From assembly GCA_964597145.1 (NCBI GenBank), contig CAZQWH010000001.1, positions 15,696-79,695 on the forward strand: 64,000 nt of DNA. Reading direction: 5' to 3'. This document shows, in pieces, positions 42,256 to 52,128 of this stretch. The position numbers and the translations under genes are program-made. The notes below the pieces were generated by a model that saw only the letters and a list, made by a program, of their open reading frames with translations, was not told the origin of the DNA and ran no database searches. The DNA is from an uncultured Candidatus Saccharibacteria bacterium (GTDB taxonomy: Bacteria; Patescibacteriota; CAZHWT01). Numbering within the stretch: position 1 is the stretch's first letter; each line of letters begins with the position of its first letter.

Positions 42256-42528
42256 ATGCATGCGTTGCTGATTTCCGAGGACGACTTTCGAAGCACTATA
42301 TTGGTCGATGGGCCAGAGTGCTCTGAAGAGATGGTGCACAAGCTGGCAAGTGTCATATGGACTGGAGCCAGTAGCCAAACCTCTGCCGAAAATAAGAGCA
42401 TTGAAGTCGCTGCTGTCGGAAGCATCACTCGCATTACTGCCCCAGATACCTGGTTGCTGCATCTCAGCATTAATAATGGTAACCTGGAGCAGCGAATGAA
42501 AGACATCTTCAACCTGATTGGGGGCTAG
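42256..42528 (+). CDS. Orphan hypothetical protein
   Basis: GGAGGAG SD, TTGACA at 42113 and terminator AGCGCCGG..CCGGCGCTTTTT near 42563-42598. Confidence 0.6.
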   Translation: MHALLISEDDFRSTILVDGPECSEEMVHKLASVIWTGASSQTSAENKSIEVAAVGSITRITAPDTWLLHLSINNGNLEQRMKDIFNLIGG

Positions 42529-42670
42529 CTATCCTTCCGTTCAAGTAGAAAATTGATAAGAGTAGCGCCGGTGAGGTCAACCCTCCCCGGCGCTTTTTCA
42601 AATCTTTCCCGCCATCCCCGCATACCAGCATACTTGCATACCAACCTATCAACCATGTATGAAAATTATT

Positions 42671-42715
42671 ACAGAGATAAATCATATTAATTATATAATA
42701 TATTATATAATTAAT
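42671..42715. repeat. AT-only palindrome family, copy 2 (perfect 30 bp)
   Basis: ACAGAGATAA followed by ATTAATTATATAATATATTATATAATTAAT at 42686-42715. Confidence 0.85.
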
Positions 42716-42798
42716 TACACTACTGAAATTTCAAAAACATCATCAAATTACTCTATGGCAATCAAATTAATTAAAGACTACAAAGGGGCAAGCTCATC

Positions 42799-42902
42799 TT
42801 GACTGAAGCAGGTAAATTTGCTATAGTGCAAAAGATTTTGAATGTAGCTGTGGTAGTGTATGAAGGCGGTCCAATAGGTCCGTTTTTTTATTACACATAG
42901 CT
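42799..42902 (+). promoter_or_regulatory. nusA promoter with a leader terminator-like hairpin
   Basis: TTGACT-17-TATAGT with an extended TG, then GAAGGCGG..CCGTTTTTT inside GTGTA/TACAC, resembling rimP/nusA leaders. Confidence 0.5.
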
Positions 42903-43106
42903 TGTTAAAAATGTTGAATAATGAAAAGTGGAAATGATAAAACTAATTCGAAATAATATCACTTTAAAGAAATTTTAAAGAAATGGATTAGTTTTTTCGC
43001 TATTCGCTATTCGAATTTCAGATTTGAACTACTTAGATTCTCAGGCAAGCTGAGAATGACACAAATAATGCGAGGCTAGTGGATTAGTCCGCAAGGAGAA
43101 TTTTTT

Positions 43107-44330
43107 ATGCGAACAGAATTTATGGCAGCCATGAACCAGGTAGCCTCCGAGCGCGGGATCGATGTTTCTATCATTTTAGAAACCCTACAGCACGCCTTGG
43201 TCGCCGCCTATAAAAAAGATTATGGCGAGGTTGGAGAAGAGGAAGAGTTGTGGGCCGATATTGACCCCGATACCGGCGAAGTTAAGATTATGCACGAAGG
43301 CAAAGACGTAACTCCAGCCGGTTTTGGCCGCATTGCCGCTCAAACAGCTAAGCAGGTTATTTTGCAGCGCATTCGTGAAGCTGAAAAAGAGGCTATCATG
43401 ATCGACTTTGAAAAGAAGGTTGGCACCGTGATTTCGGCTATGGTTCAGCGCAAAGAGGTGCCAAACTGGATACTCGATATTGGCCGGACTGTTGGAGTTA
43501 TGCCGCCGCAAGAGCAAGTATATGGCGAGAATTATCGGTTAAATCAGCGGTTAAAGGTCTATGTTTCCGAAATTAAAGAAGGTCCTCGTGGTCAAGAAAT
43601 TATCTTATCTCGCTCTCACCCCAATCTGCTGGCCGCTTTATTCGAGCTAGAAGTTCCCGAAGTAGCTTCGGGATCGGTTGAAATTAAAGGCATTGCTCGT
43701 GAAGCCGGTTTCCGCTCGAAAGTTGCCGTCTCTTCAAACCAAGACGGTGTTGACCCAGTTGGTTCGTGTGTCGGTCAAAAAGGTGTTCGAGTTCAGGCAA
43801 TTACCAACGAATTAGGCGGTGAAAAGCTAGATTTAATTTTATGGAGTCCAGATACTGAACGCTTCATCGTTGCATCATTGTCACCGGCTAAGGCAATTGA
43901 TATTGAAGTAGACTCCGAAGAAAAAACGGCAAAAGTAACGGTATTAGACGATCAGTTATCGTTAGCTATTGGTAAAGAAGGCCAAAATGTCCGGTTAGCC
44001 GCTAAGCTAACTGGTTACCGCATAGACATTGCTGGTGAAACAATTGGCGTCGAACCAGCCGCGGCTTCTGGCGGAGAGGTCTTACAAGAGGTCGAAGTAA
44101 GTCCTGATTCTGAAATTGATTCAGCGACCGCCGAAGAAGCAACCGAAACCGTCCAGTCTCAAAAAGAAGCTGGTGCACCGGAAGAAGTAGCCGAAATCAA
44201 AGCTGAAATGGCGGAAGAGGTCGAGGAGGTTGCTGAAGCGATCGAATCAGTTGAAGCTGAAGCTGAGTCATCCGATGGCGATGCCGAAGCTAAGCCCAAG
44301 AAGAAAACCAGCAAAAAGGCAGCAAAATAA
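43107..44330 (+). CDS. nusA: Transcription termination factor NusA
   Basis: FGRIAAQTAKQVI, S1 and KH domains, AIGKEGQNVRLA and an acidic tail. Confidence 0.97.
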   Translation: MRTEFMAAMNQVASERGIDVSIILETLQHALVAAYKKDYGEVGEEEELWADIDPDTGEVKIMHEGKDVTPAGFGRIAAQTAKQVILQRIREAEKEAIMIDFEKKVGTVISAMVQRKEVPNWILDIGRTVGVMPPQEQVYGENYRLNQRLKVYVSEIKEGPRGQEIILSRSHPNLLAALFELEVPEVASGSVEIKGIAREAGFRSKVAVSSNQDGVDPVGSCVGQKGVRVQAITNELGGEKLDLILWSPDTERFIVASLSPAKAIDIEVDSEEKTAKVTVLDDQLSLAIGKEGQNVRLAAKLTGYRIDIAGETIGVEPAAASGGEVLQEVEVSPDSEIDSATAEEATETVQSQKEAGAPEEVAEIKAEMAEEVEEVAEAIESVEAEAESSDGDAEAKPKKKTSKKAAK

Positions 44331-44357
44331 GCATTGGTCGACAGTCGACAGTCGGTC

Positions 44358-44411
44358 ATGTTAAGTTACTTAGGTAACTTAGGGTACTTAAGTAACTTAA
44401 AACCCATAAAC
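44358..44411. repeat. Orphan nonamer array (xxCTTARGx)n
   Basis: ATGTTAAGT TACTTAGGT AACTTAGGG TACTTAAGT AACTTAAAA CCCATAAAC. Confidence 0.8.
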
Positions 44412-44432
44412 TAAGAACTAAAAACGATATAT

Positions 44433-45953
44433 ATGGCTAAGAAAGACAAAAAACCCACAACCGAAATGCAAGTCAAACCACCCGTTGTAACCGTAATGGG
44501 TCATGTTGACCATGGTAAAACCAGCCTGCTCGATGCCATCCGTCAAACCAATGTTACTGCTGGTGAAAGCGGCGGTATTACCCAGCACATTGGCGCATAC
44601 CAGGTGGTACATAATAAGCAGCCCATCACCTTCATTGACACTCCTGGCCATGCGGCATTTACGCAAATGCGCGTCCGGGGCGCTCAAGTAACCAATATTG
44701 TGGTGCTGGTGGTAGCCGCCGATGACGGTGTCATGCCTCAAACCAAAGAGGCCATTGCCCACGCCCAAGCCGCTGGTGCACCTATGATTGTGGCTTTAAA
44801 TAAAATCGATACCGAAGGAGCTCAACCCGACCGGGTTAAAGACCAGCTCTCCCGTGAAGGGGTGTTGGTTGAAGGCTATGGTGGCGATGTGCCAGTTGTT
44901 GAAACCTCAGCTATTCAGAAAAAAGGTATCAACGAGCTTTTAGATATGATTCTATTAGTAGCAGAAATGCAAGAGTTAAAACCCGAATTAAACACTCCGG
45001 CCGAAGCCGTAGTCATCGAAAGCCACCAGGATGCCAAGCGCGGGGCAATTGCCACTCTGCTCGTGCAAAAAGGGGTATTGGCGGTGGGCGATGTGGTTAT
45101 TTCCGACACAGTCGTTGGTAAAGTGCGAGCAATGGCCAATGATAAAGGCCAGGCTATCCGGCAAGCCCTGCCAGCCTCACCAGCAGAAGTATTAGGATTA
45201 CGGGCTGTGCCAACGGTCGGGCATGTTGTTGAAGTGGTGTCAAATGAAAAAGAAGCACTAGCTTTAGCCCAGCAGCGCCAAGCTGAACAGACTCGCCAAA
45301 CTGAAATAGCCGAGGCAGCCGCGGTTACCGATCTCAGTCAATTATTCGACAACACCGGGAGTAACCGAGAGTTAAAATTAGTCATCAAAGCCGATACTCA
45401 AGGTTCATTGGAAGCAATTATCGAAAGTATTCGAGCCATGGAGTCTGAGGAGGGTGATACACCTCGGTTTATCTTAACCGGCACCGGCAATGTATCCGAA
45501 TCAGATGTGTTGTTAGCCTCAACTGCTCAAGCCTTATTGTTGGCCTTCCGGGTAAAGGTAGATCCTGCCGCTCAAAATGCACTCAACCAGGAAAAGGTCA
45601 TGATGCAGCAGTACGAGGTTATTTATCAATTACTCGAAGATGTTGAAGATGTGCTAGCTGGAGGCATCCCCGAAAAAGAAGTGCCCATCAAAGGCCGGGC
45701 CGAAGTGTTGCAGACCTTCGAATTACCCTCAGGTGACATCGTCGCTGGATGCCGCATTACCGACGGTATGATCCGCAAAAACTGGCGAGTCAAAGTCACT
45801 CGCGACGAAGAAGTAGTAGTAGAAGAAGCCACCGTCACCGAAATCCGCCATGGCCGGGAGAAGGTCAACGAATCCAAAAAGAATTCCGAGTGCGGCATTT
45901 TGCTTAAGCCGGGGTTTGAGTTTAAGACTGGCGATGTGATTGAAGCACTGTAA
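44433..45953 (+). CDS. infB: Translation initiation factor IF-2 (short, lacking the N-terminal domains)
   Basis: GHVDHGKT, GGITQHIGA, DTPGH and NKID. Confidence 0.97.
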   Translation: MAKKDKKPTTEMQVKPPVVTVMGHVDHGKTSLLDAIRQTNVTAGESGGITQHIGAYQVVHNKQPITFIDTPGHAAFTQMRVRGAQVTNIVVLVVAADDGVMPQTKEAIAHAQAAGAPMIVALNKIDTEGAQPDRVKDQLSREGVLVEGYGGDVPVVETSAIQKKGINELLDMILLVAEMQELKPELNTPAEAVVIESHQDAKRGAIATLLVQKGVLAVGDVVISDTVVGKVRAMANDKGQAIRQALPASPAEVLGLRAVPTVGHVVEVVSNEKEALALAQQRQAEQTRQTEIAEAAAVTDLSQLFDNTGSNRELKLVIKADTQGSLEAIIESIRAMESEEGDTPRFILTGTGNVSESDVLLASTAQALLLAFRVKVDPAAQNALNQEKVMMQQYEVIYQLLEDVEDVLAGGIPEKEVPIKGRAEVLQTFELPSGDIVAGCRITDGMIRKNWRVKVTRDEEVVVEEATVTEIRHGREKVNESKKNSECGILLKPGFEFKTGDVIEAL

Positions 45954-45955
45954 AA

Positions 45956-46026
45956 TTGTGAAGTAGCTTACATAGTTGCAAACTTTAAGTATCTTAAGAC
46001 ACGTAAGTTGCTTAGGTTGCTTATTT
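45956..46026. repeat. Nonamer array downstream of the four-helix-bundle gene
   Basis: ACTTTAAGT ATCTTAAGA CACGTAAGT TGCTTAGGT TGCTTATTT; the last unit supplies the gene's stop codon. Confidence 0.75.
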
Positions 46027-46569
46027 TTTAAATTTAAAGGTTTTTCTGTTGGTATAAAGCATTTCAGTTATTCCTCCATATTGTTCAAATTGAGTAATAA
46101 GAGAAACAATCTGCCTATTGAGCAAATATGTCACAATATGGCACAGGGTGATATTGAGGTTCGCTGCCAGTTCAGCATCTGGCGGGAGATTAGGTTTTAC
46201 AACTATGTTGCCTGAGTCACTTAAGTTACATAGACTGCTTAAGGCGTAGGCCCTGTGGCGAAAGTTAGTTATTCGTGAATCACTTTTGGCAAATATACTT
46301 AAGTTATTTTGCCTTAAGTAATCTTCGTAATCAGACAATAATTCTTCAAACGAGGCTTTAGCAACTCCAAGTAATTTAATTTCCCCTCGTTTGGATGTCT
46401 GAGATTGTCCGACTCCTTCAACTATGTTTTGTTTGCCACTACGCGCAGCTTGAATCATTTGGTCATTAGTCCGGCTAAACTTATGGATGAATAAGGTGCA
46501 AAATTGAAAATTGAGGTCTTGAATTATTTCTGCATAGCGATACGTAAGCAGGTACTTTACTTGGTTCAT
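46021..46569 (-). CDS. Four-helix-bundle protein with suffix domain (23S rRNA-IVP / Avd-like fold)
   Basis: RTNDQMIQAARSGKQNIVEG, EIKLLGVAKASFEELLSDYEDYLR and the C-terminal AANL..LCH...YLLNRQI..L...F...GG.TE suffix (TIGR02436/TIGR04258-type). Confidence 0.88.
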   Translation of the reverse strand: MNQVKYLLTYRYAEIIQDLNFQFCTLFIHKFSRTNDQMIQAARSGKQNIVEGVGQSQTSKRGEIKLLGVAKASFEELLSDYEDYLRQNNLSIFAKSDSRITNFRHRAYALSSLCNLSDSGNIVVKPNLPPDAELAANLNITLCHIVTYLLNRQIVSLITQFEQYGGITEMLYTNRKTFKFKK

Positions 46570-46616
46570 ATATAATAATTACCAAATAAAACCCGAAACA
46601 ACAACAAACAAGCAAT

Positions 46617-46661
46617 GCAGTAAGTGAGTTAAGTATCTAAAGGTGCTTAAGCCGCTTAGAC
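46617..46661. repeat. Nonamer array upstream of the four-helix-bundle gene
   Basis: GCAGTAAGT GAGTTAAGT ATCTAAAGG TGCTTAAGC CGCTTAGAC. Confidence 0.72.
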
Positions 46662-46769
46662 ATACGACTTCCGTTGACTTCCTATAGGTTCTATGATATA
46701 ACGTACTATCAGTCTAAATTTCATATATTTACAGAGATAAAATTATTATAATATAAAAATATTTGGCTT

Positions 46770-47969
46770 ATGCAAGTAAACGATACCGTACAACAAATTA
46801 AAGATATTTTTACTAACCCGGCCGTCAAGCGAGTCCTAGTCACCAGTGGTAAAAACGTTGACCCCGATGCGCTCGGCTCAGCCTTAGCCATCGCCTCAGT
46901 GCTCGATGCCATGGATAAACAAGTCAATGTAGCCATAGAGGAATTTGATCCAGCTAAGATGTCATTTTTACCAGGAATTGAGCGGGTGCAGTCGAGTATT
47001 GGCCAAAAAAGTTTAGTAGTGTCAATTGATGTGGGCGCTAACCCTATTGAGCGAATTAACTATAATTCCGACGACACCACTTTTAATTTAATCTTAACCC
47101 CCAAAGCAGGCCAAGTCGATGTGGATCAAATCCAATATTCGTATGCGGGTCTCTCATACGACGCAATTGTGGTTGTAGACACCTCAGCCAAAGCCTTAGT
47201 CGGCGAATGGATAAATAACTTTGCCAAGGAGTTGCGTGATATTCCAGTTATTAATATAGACCATCACGCCGACAATGGCCTGTATGGTACGTTAAATTTA
47301 GTCCAATCAGACAAAGCTTCGGCTACTATGGTGGTGTATGAATTACTCAAAAAATTAGAGCAACCACTTACCCAGACAATAGCTACCAATTTATTAGCCG
47401 GCATATTATCGGATACAAATGGATTTATTAACCGCAATGCCGATGCAGCCTCACTTCAGGTAGCTGCCGAACTAGTGGCTGCTGGGGCCGATTTGCACGG
47501 CCTGACTCAAGCTCTATTTAAAACCATGAATCTGCCCGCCTTGCGCTTGTGGGGTCGAGTTCTGTCGCGGGTAGAGATGGTCGATCCAGGCATAGTTATA
47601 ACCGATGTACAACTAGAAGATATTGCCACAACCGGCGCTTCCCAGGCCGATGAAGAAACACTCAGCACCATAGTTAATACTTATATTCCTTCAGTTCCAC
47701 AGGCCTTGGTAGGGGTTGTCTTAAAAGAGAAGGAAAACGGAGAGGTGCGTGGCAGCTTGCGCTCAATTAACCCCAACGTCAATGTGCAGGTTATGGCCTC
47801 CCAACTAGGTGGAGGTGGGCATATCCTAGCCGCTGGCTTTAAGTTAGATAAAACCACTCTAAATAAAGCCCGAGAATCAGTGGTAAAAGTCGTTCGCAAT
47901 CAGTTAGAAAAACAATCATTATCTCAAGAGAAAGGTTCGGAAAAATCAAACGAAACCAGCAACAACTAA
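46770..47969 (+). CDS. DHH/DHHA1 family phosphoesterase (NrnA-like)
   Basis: DPDALGS, VVDT, NIDHH, ILSDT and GGGGH...AAG. Confidence 0.92.
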   Translation: MQVNDTVQQIKDIFTNPAVKRVLVTSGKNVDPDALGSALAIASVLDAMDKQVNVAIEEFDPAKMSFLPGIERVQSSIGQKSLVVSIDVGANPIERINYNSDDTTFNLILTPKAGQVDVDQIQYSYAGLSYDAIVVVDTSAKALVGEWINNFAKELRDIPVINIDHHADNGLYGTLNLVQSDKASATMVVYELLKKLEQPLTQTIATNLLAGILSDTNGFINRNADAASLQVAAELVAAGADLHGLTQALFKTMNLPALRLWGRVLSRVEMVDPGIVITDVQLEDIATTGASQADEETLSTIVNTYIPSVPQALVGVVLKEKENGEVRGSLRSINPNVNVQVMASQLGGGGHILAAGFKLDKTTLNKARESVVKVVRNQLEKQSLSQEKGSEKSNETSNN

Positions 47970-48091
47970 GCAAGAGTTGCAAAGCGCCTATAGTTTCTGG
48001 TAAGATACTGCAGTTGCAATTCCCTTGCCACAGAAATCACAGTACGCTACAATGAATAAGCAAAGCGTTTGAATAGACGAAATTAATTATT

Positions 48092-48361
48092 ATGGCCCTG
48101 AAAAAAGATAACAAAACTGAAATTATTACGGCATACAAGACACACGAAGGTGACACTGGTTCACCAGAGGTGCAGATTGCCTTATTGACTGAGCAGATTA
48201 AGAAACTGACCGATCACCTAAAAGAGCATCCAGGTGACGATCATTCTCGACGTGGTTTATTGCAAATGGTAGGTAAGCGCCGACGATTATTGCGTTACCT
48301 AACTAAGAAAGATGCAGACCGATACCAAATGGTGCTGCAGAAGCTAAATTTGAAACAATAA
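48092..48361 (+). CDS. rpsO: 30S ribosomal protein S15
   Basis: [13 protein letters not shown]...[20 protein letters not shown]. Confidence 0.98.
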   Translation: MALKKDNKTEIITAYKTHEGDTGSPEVQIALLTEQIKKLTDHLKEHPGDDHSRRGLLQMVGKRRRLLRYLTKKDADRYQMVLQKLNLKQ

Positions 48362-48599
48362 ACAATTAAATTCAAAATCAGAATAGCGAAATTAGAAACA
48401 AGATTTAAATTAGAAAAACTAAAATTTGCGATTTCATATTTCAAATTTCTGGCTTTAATGAATTATTAAAAGCAATTATTTTAGGAGGTGGGTTGGCTGA
48501 TTAACAAGTTGGGAATGGTAACGTTTGGTAGAAAATAACTATTATTTTCTTTCAATCCTTACTATCCCCGCTAGGACATCTCCTAACCCTATACAATCT

Positions 48600-50687
48600 A
48601 TGAAAGTTATCCAAGTAGAGCGAGAAATTGCTGGACGCAAGCTAACACTGGAGACCGGCCGGGTTGCTGAACAGGCTGGGGGAGCCGTATTAGCCCGGTA
48701 TGGCGAAACGGTGGTATTAGCTACTGTGTGTAGTGCTGAACCGCGTCAGGACGTAGATTTTTTCCCATTAACCGTTGAGTACGCGGAGCGCTTATATGCC
48801 GGTGGGCGCATTCATTCATCACGGTTTATCAAGCGTGAAGGTCGACCCAGTGAAAATGCCACCTTAACTGCCCGCATTATCGACCGATCTATTAGGCCAT
48901 TATTCCCTAAAGATATGACCAATGAAGTCCAGGTCATTCTAACCGTCTTATCCTTCGATCCAGATTGTGAACCAGACATTTTATCAGTTATCGCCACTTC
49001 GGCTGCTCTTTCTATTTCCTCTATTCCTTGGAATGGTCCAATTGGGGCAGTTCGCATGGGTTTAAATGCGGATGGCATGACTATAGTTAATCCTACCCAG
49101 ACTGAGCGCCAAACATCGCTACTCGATTTAACCTTGTCTGGAACAGCCAAAGCAGTAGCTATGGTCGAAGCTGGAGCCAAGGAAATTTCTGAGGAGCAAA
49201 TGCTCGAAGCTCTACAGGCTGGCCATGAACAAATTAAAGAAATTGTTTCTATGGTAGAAGAATTTGCCGCCCAAGCGGCCAAGCCTAAGTTTACCTACGA
49301 GTCAGTTAAGCTAGATGCCAAGCTGGAGCAGGAAATTACCGAGTACGTAAAAGAGCATGTAGCCGCCAATCTGCTTACCCCAGATAAAACTTCTCGCGAA
49401 GATGCTGTGGGCGAATTTAAAGCCGAAGTTTTAGCCAAGTTCGAAGACCGGGCTGGTAAAAAAGAAATGTCGGCGGCAATCGAGAAGGCCGTTAAGCAAA
49501 TGGTTCGCTCGTTAGTCTTAAAAGACAAAAAGCGGGTAGATGGACGAGTTCCAACCCAGGTTCGTGATATTTGGACCCAGGTCGGGGTTTTGCCTCGAGT
49601 CCATGGAAGCGCCTTATTTACCCGTGGTCAAACCCAAGTCTTATCCACCGTAACCCTAGGCTCAACTTCAATGGAGCAAATTATTGACGGTATGGAAGGT
49701 GAATCAACCAAGCGCTATATTCATCACTACAACTTCCCTCCCTATTCAGTTGGTGAAGTTCGTCGCATCGGCTCCGTCGGTCGACGCGAAATTGGCCACG
49801 GTGCTTTGGCCGAGCGGGCTTTGGTCCCAGTAATCCCTAACGATATCGATTTCCCGTACACCATCAGGGTGGTATCGGAAACCTTATCTTCTAATGGCTC
49901 ATCCTCAATGGGCTCAGTCTGTGGCTCAACCATGTCCTTAATGGATGCTGGTGTGCCTATCTCGGCTCCTGTGTCAGGTATTGCCATGGGGTTAATTTCG
50001 GATGGTGACGATTATGTAATTTTATCGGACATTCAAGGCATCGAGGATTTTATGGGCGACATGGACTTTAAAGTGGCTGGTACACCCAAAGGTATCACCG
50101 CCTTGCAGCTCGATCTAAAGTTAACTGGCGTTAGTCAACAAATTCTAACCGAAGCTTTAGCGCAGGCTAAAGAAGGTCGGGCACATATCTTAGATGAAAT
50201 GATGAAGACCATTAACACGCCCCGCCAGGAAATGTCTCAGTATGCCCCGCGTGTTGAGATGATTAAAATTAATCCTAAGCTAATTGGGGTCGTCATTGGT
50301 CCCGGCGGTAAAATGATTAATCAAATTATCGATGAAACTGGCGCCGCGATTGACATCGATGACGATGGTTCGGTCTCTGTTTCCTCAGATAATCCGGAAG
50401 GCTTAAAGCGAGCGATTGAGTGGATTCAAAGTCTAACCAAAGAAATCACGGTTGGCGAGGAGTATAACGGTAAAGTTGTCCGTATTATGGACTTTGGCGC
50501 CTTTGTTGAGCTAGTACCAGGTAAGGATGGTTTAGTCCATATCTCCGAGCTAGACAACTCGCGAGTTGAAAAGGTCACTGACGTCGTAAAGGTTGGCGAC
50601 AAAGTTCGGGTAAAAGTAATTAAGATAGACGACCAGGGTCGAATCAATCTGTCGCGCAAGGCATTACTAAATTCAGACGAAGCCTGA
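48600..50687 (+). CDS. pnp: Polyribonucleotide nucleotidyltransferase (PNPase)
   Basis: FFPLTVEY, RREIGHG, DMDFKVAG, KH and S1 domains. Start MKVIQ at 48600. Confidence 0.98.
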   Translation: MKVIQVEREIAGRKLTLETGRVAEQAGGAVLARYGETVVLATVCSAEPRQDVDFFPLTVEYAERLYAGGRIHSSRFIKREGRPSENATLTARIIDRSIRPLFPKDMTNEVQVILTVLSFDPDCEPDILSVIATSAALSISSIPWNGPIGAVRMGLNADGMTIVNPTQTERQTSLLDLTLSGTAKAVAMVEAGAKEISEEQMLEALQAGHEQIKEIVSMVEEFAAQAAKPKFTYESVKLDAKLEQEITEYVKEHVAANLLTPDKTSREDAVGEFKAEVLAKFEDRAGKKEMSAAIEKAVKQMVRSLVLKDKKRVDGRVPTQVRDIWTQVGVLPRVHGSALFTRGQTQVLSTVTLGSTSMEQIIDGMEGESTKRYIHHYNFPPYSVGEVRRIGSVGRREIGHGALAERALVPVIPNDIDFPYTIRVVSETLSSNGSSSMGSVCGSTMSLMDAGVPISAPVSGIAMGLISDGDDYVILSDIQGIEDFMGDMDFKVAGTPKGITALQLDLKLTGVSQQILTEALAQAKEGRAHILDEMMKTINTPRQEMSQYAPRVEMIKINPKLIGVVIGPGGKMINQIIDETGAAIDIDDDGSVSVSSDNPEGLKRAIEWIQSLTKEITVGEEYNGKVVRIMDFGAFVELVPGKDGLVHISELDNSRVEKVTDVVKVGDKVRVKVIKIDDQGRINLSRKALLNSDEA

Positions 50688-50809
50688 TTTAAGTAAAGCA
50701 GATAGCGGATGGCATTTAGTGGCTAGGTTGACTGATAAAGTACTAAAGCTACACTCTATATGTCTAAGCGCTATACCCTAAACCCTAAACGCTTTGCTAT
50801 ACTAACTTT

Positions 50810-51949
50810 ATGGATGCTGCCCCCCCACAACCATTGGTGGTCGATCCCGATTCAATTGGAGTTGATGCCACCAGCCAAGCTATTGCGACCTCAACCATTG
50901 ATGCACCACTCGATGTCGAGTTGTCAAAGTTAATGGCGTCTGTCGAGGCAACAGAATTGCCATCGGAATTGCACGTTAAATTGAAAAACCTGTTGGTTCG
51001 GCTCAATCGGTCGGTTGGCCAAGTCGGCTATCTCAATCTGTATGAGGAGGTAACCAGCTACATAGAGTGGGTAATTTCACTTCCTTGGACAGCCCGCAAT
51101 AACGATATTTTAGATCTGCATGCAGCCCAAGATGTGTTAAACCAAAGCCATTATGGTTTATTGCCAATCAAGCAACGTATTTTAGAACACCTGTCGGTCT
51201 TAATTCTGCAGGCCAAAACCGAGTCTCCCGAATCTGTCACCCGCTCGCCAGTGCTGTGTTTTGTTGGATTGCCGGGTATTGGTAAAACCTCCATCGCCTT
51301 TTCCATTGCCCAAAGTTTAGGCCGTCCGTTTATTCGTATCCCCATGGGTGGTATGGGAACAGCTAAACAATTACGTGGAGAACCGCGCAGTATGGCTGCT
51401 GCCGAACCTGGTCAGATTATTAAATCGTTACGTCGGGTTAAGGTGAAAAACCCGGTTATTTTACTAGACGAAATCGACCGCACCGCCGAGAGCGCCCGGG
51501 CTGAGATTATGGGAGTGCTGTTGGAGTTGCTCGATCCAGAGCAAAACTCCGCCTTCAGCGATAACTACATCGATTACCCTTTCAATCTATCCGAAGTCCT
51601 GTTTATCGCCTCGGCTAACAACACCAATGGCATTGCCAATGCCGTCCTGGATCGACTTGAAGTAATTCAAATGCCAGGCTACAGCGATGAAGAGAAAATT
51701 CATATTGCTCAGAATTACCTCTTCCCTCGTCAACTCAAATTTGCCGCTATACCCGATGGAGCGGTAACGGTTGATGAAGCAGTCTGGCCCATGATTATTC
51801 GACCATTAGGCTTCGACGCCGGCATTCGGACCACTGAGCGGCTAATCAACGGTATCGTCCGCAAAATTGCCTTACAGCTAGTAAGTGGAGCCGGACAGCA
51901 ATTTACCATTACCCCGCAGAACCTAAAACAGTTCATGCCGTCATGGTAG
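50810..51949 (+). CDS. Lon-type AAA+ ATPase module lacking the N-domain and the protease domain
   Basis: YIEWVISLPW, HYGL..IKQRILE, GLPGIGKT, NPVILLDEID, LLELLDPEQN and LDRLEVI. Ends right after the AAA helical domain. Confidence 0.85.
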   Translation: MDAAPPQPLVVDPDSIGVDATSQAIATSTIDAPLDVELSKLMASVEATELPSELHVKLKNLLVRLNRSVGQVGYLNLYEEVTSYIEWVISLPWTARNNDILDLHAAQDVLNQSHYGLLPIKQRILEHLSVLILQAKTESPESVTRSPVLCFVGLPGIGKTSIAFSIAQSLGRPFIRIPMGGMGTAKQLRGEPRSMAAAEPGQIIKSLRRVKVKNPVILLDEIDRTAESARAEIMGVLLELLDPEQNSAFSDNYIDYPFNLSEVLFIASANNTNGIANAVLDRLEVIQMPGYSDEEKIHIAQNYLFPRQLKFAAIPDGAVTVDEAVWPMIIRPLGFDAGIRTTERLINGIVRKIALQLVSGAGQQFTITPQNLKQFMPSW

Positions 51950-52128
51950 GGGCAAGTTTTAGCTTGCCAGAAGATGATAGTTAGTTGGCGAATATGAGAA
52001 AATTCTACTCAGATTTGTCATCCCGGACTAGATCTGGGATCTAGCGTCAGTAATTTGAAAATTATGGATAGCCTAATGGCTACCACCTGTGGTTATTACA
52101 GAAATTAAAGAAAGAAGGAATTACATTT

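Noticed and set aside
46021-46569. Diversity-generating retroelement suggested by the Avd-like fold
   Set aside because: No reverse transcriptase and no TR/VR pair differing at adenines were seen in the window.
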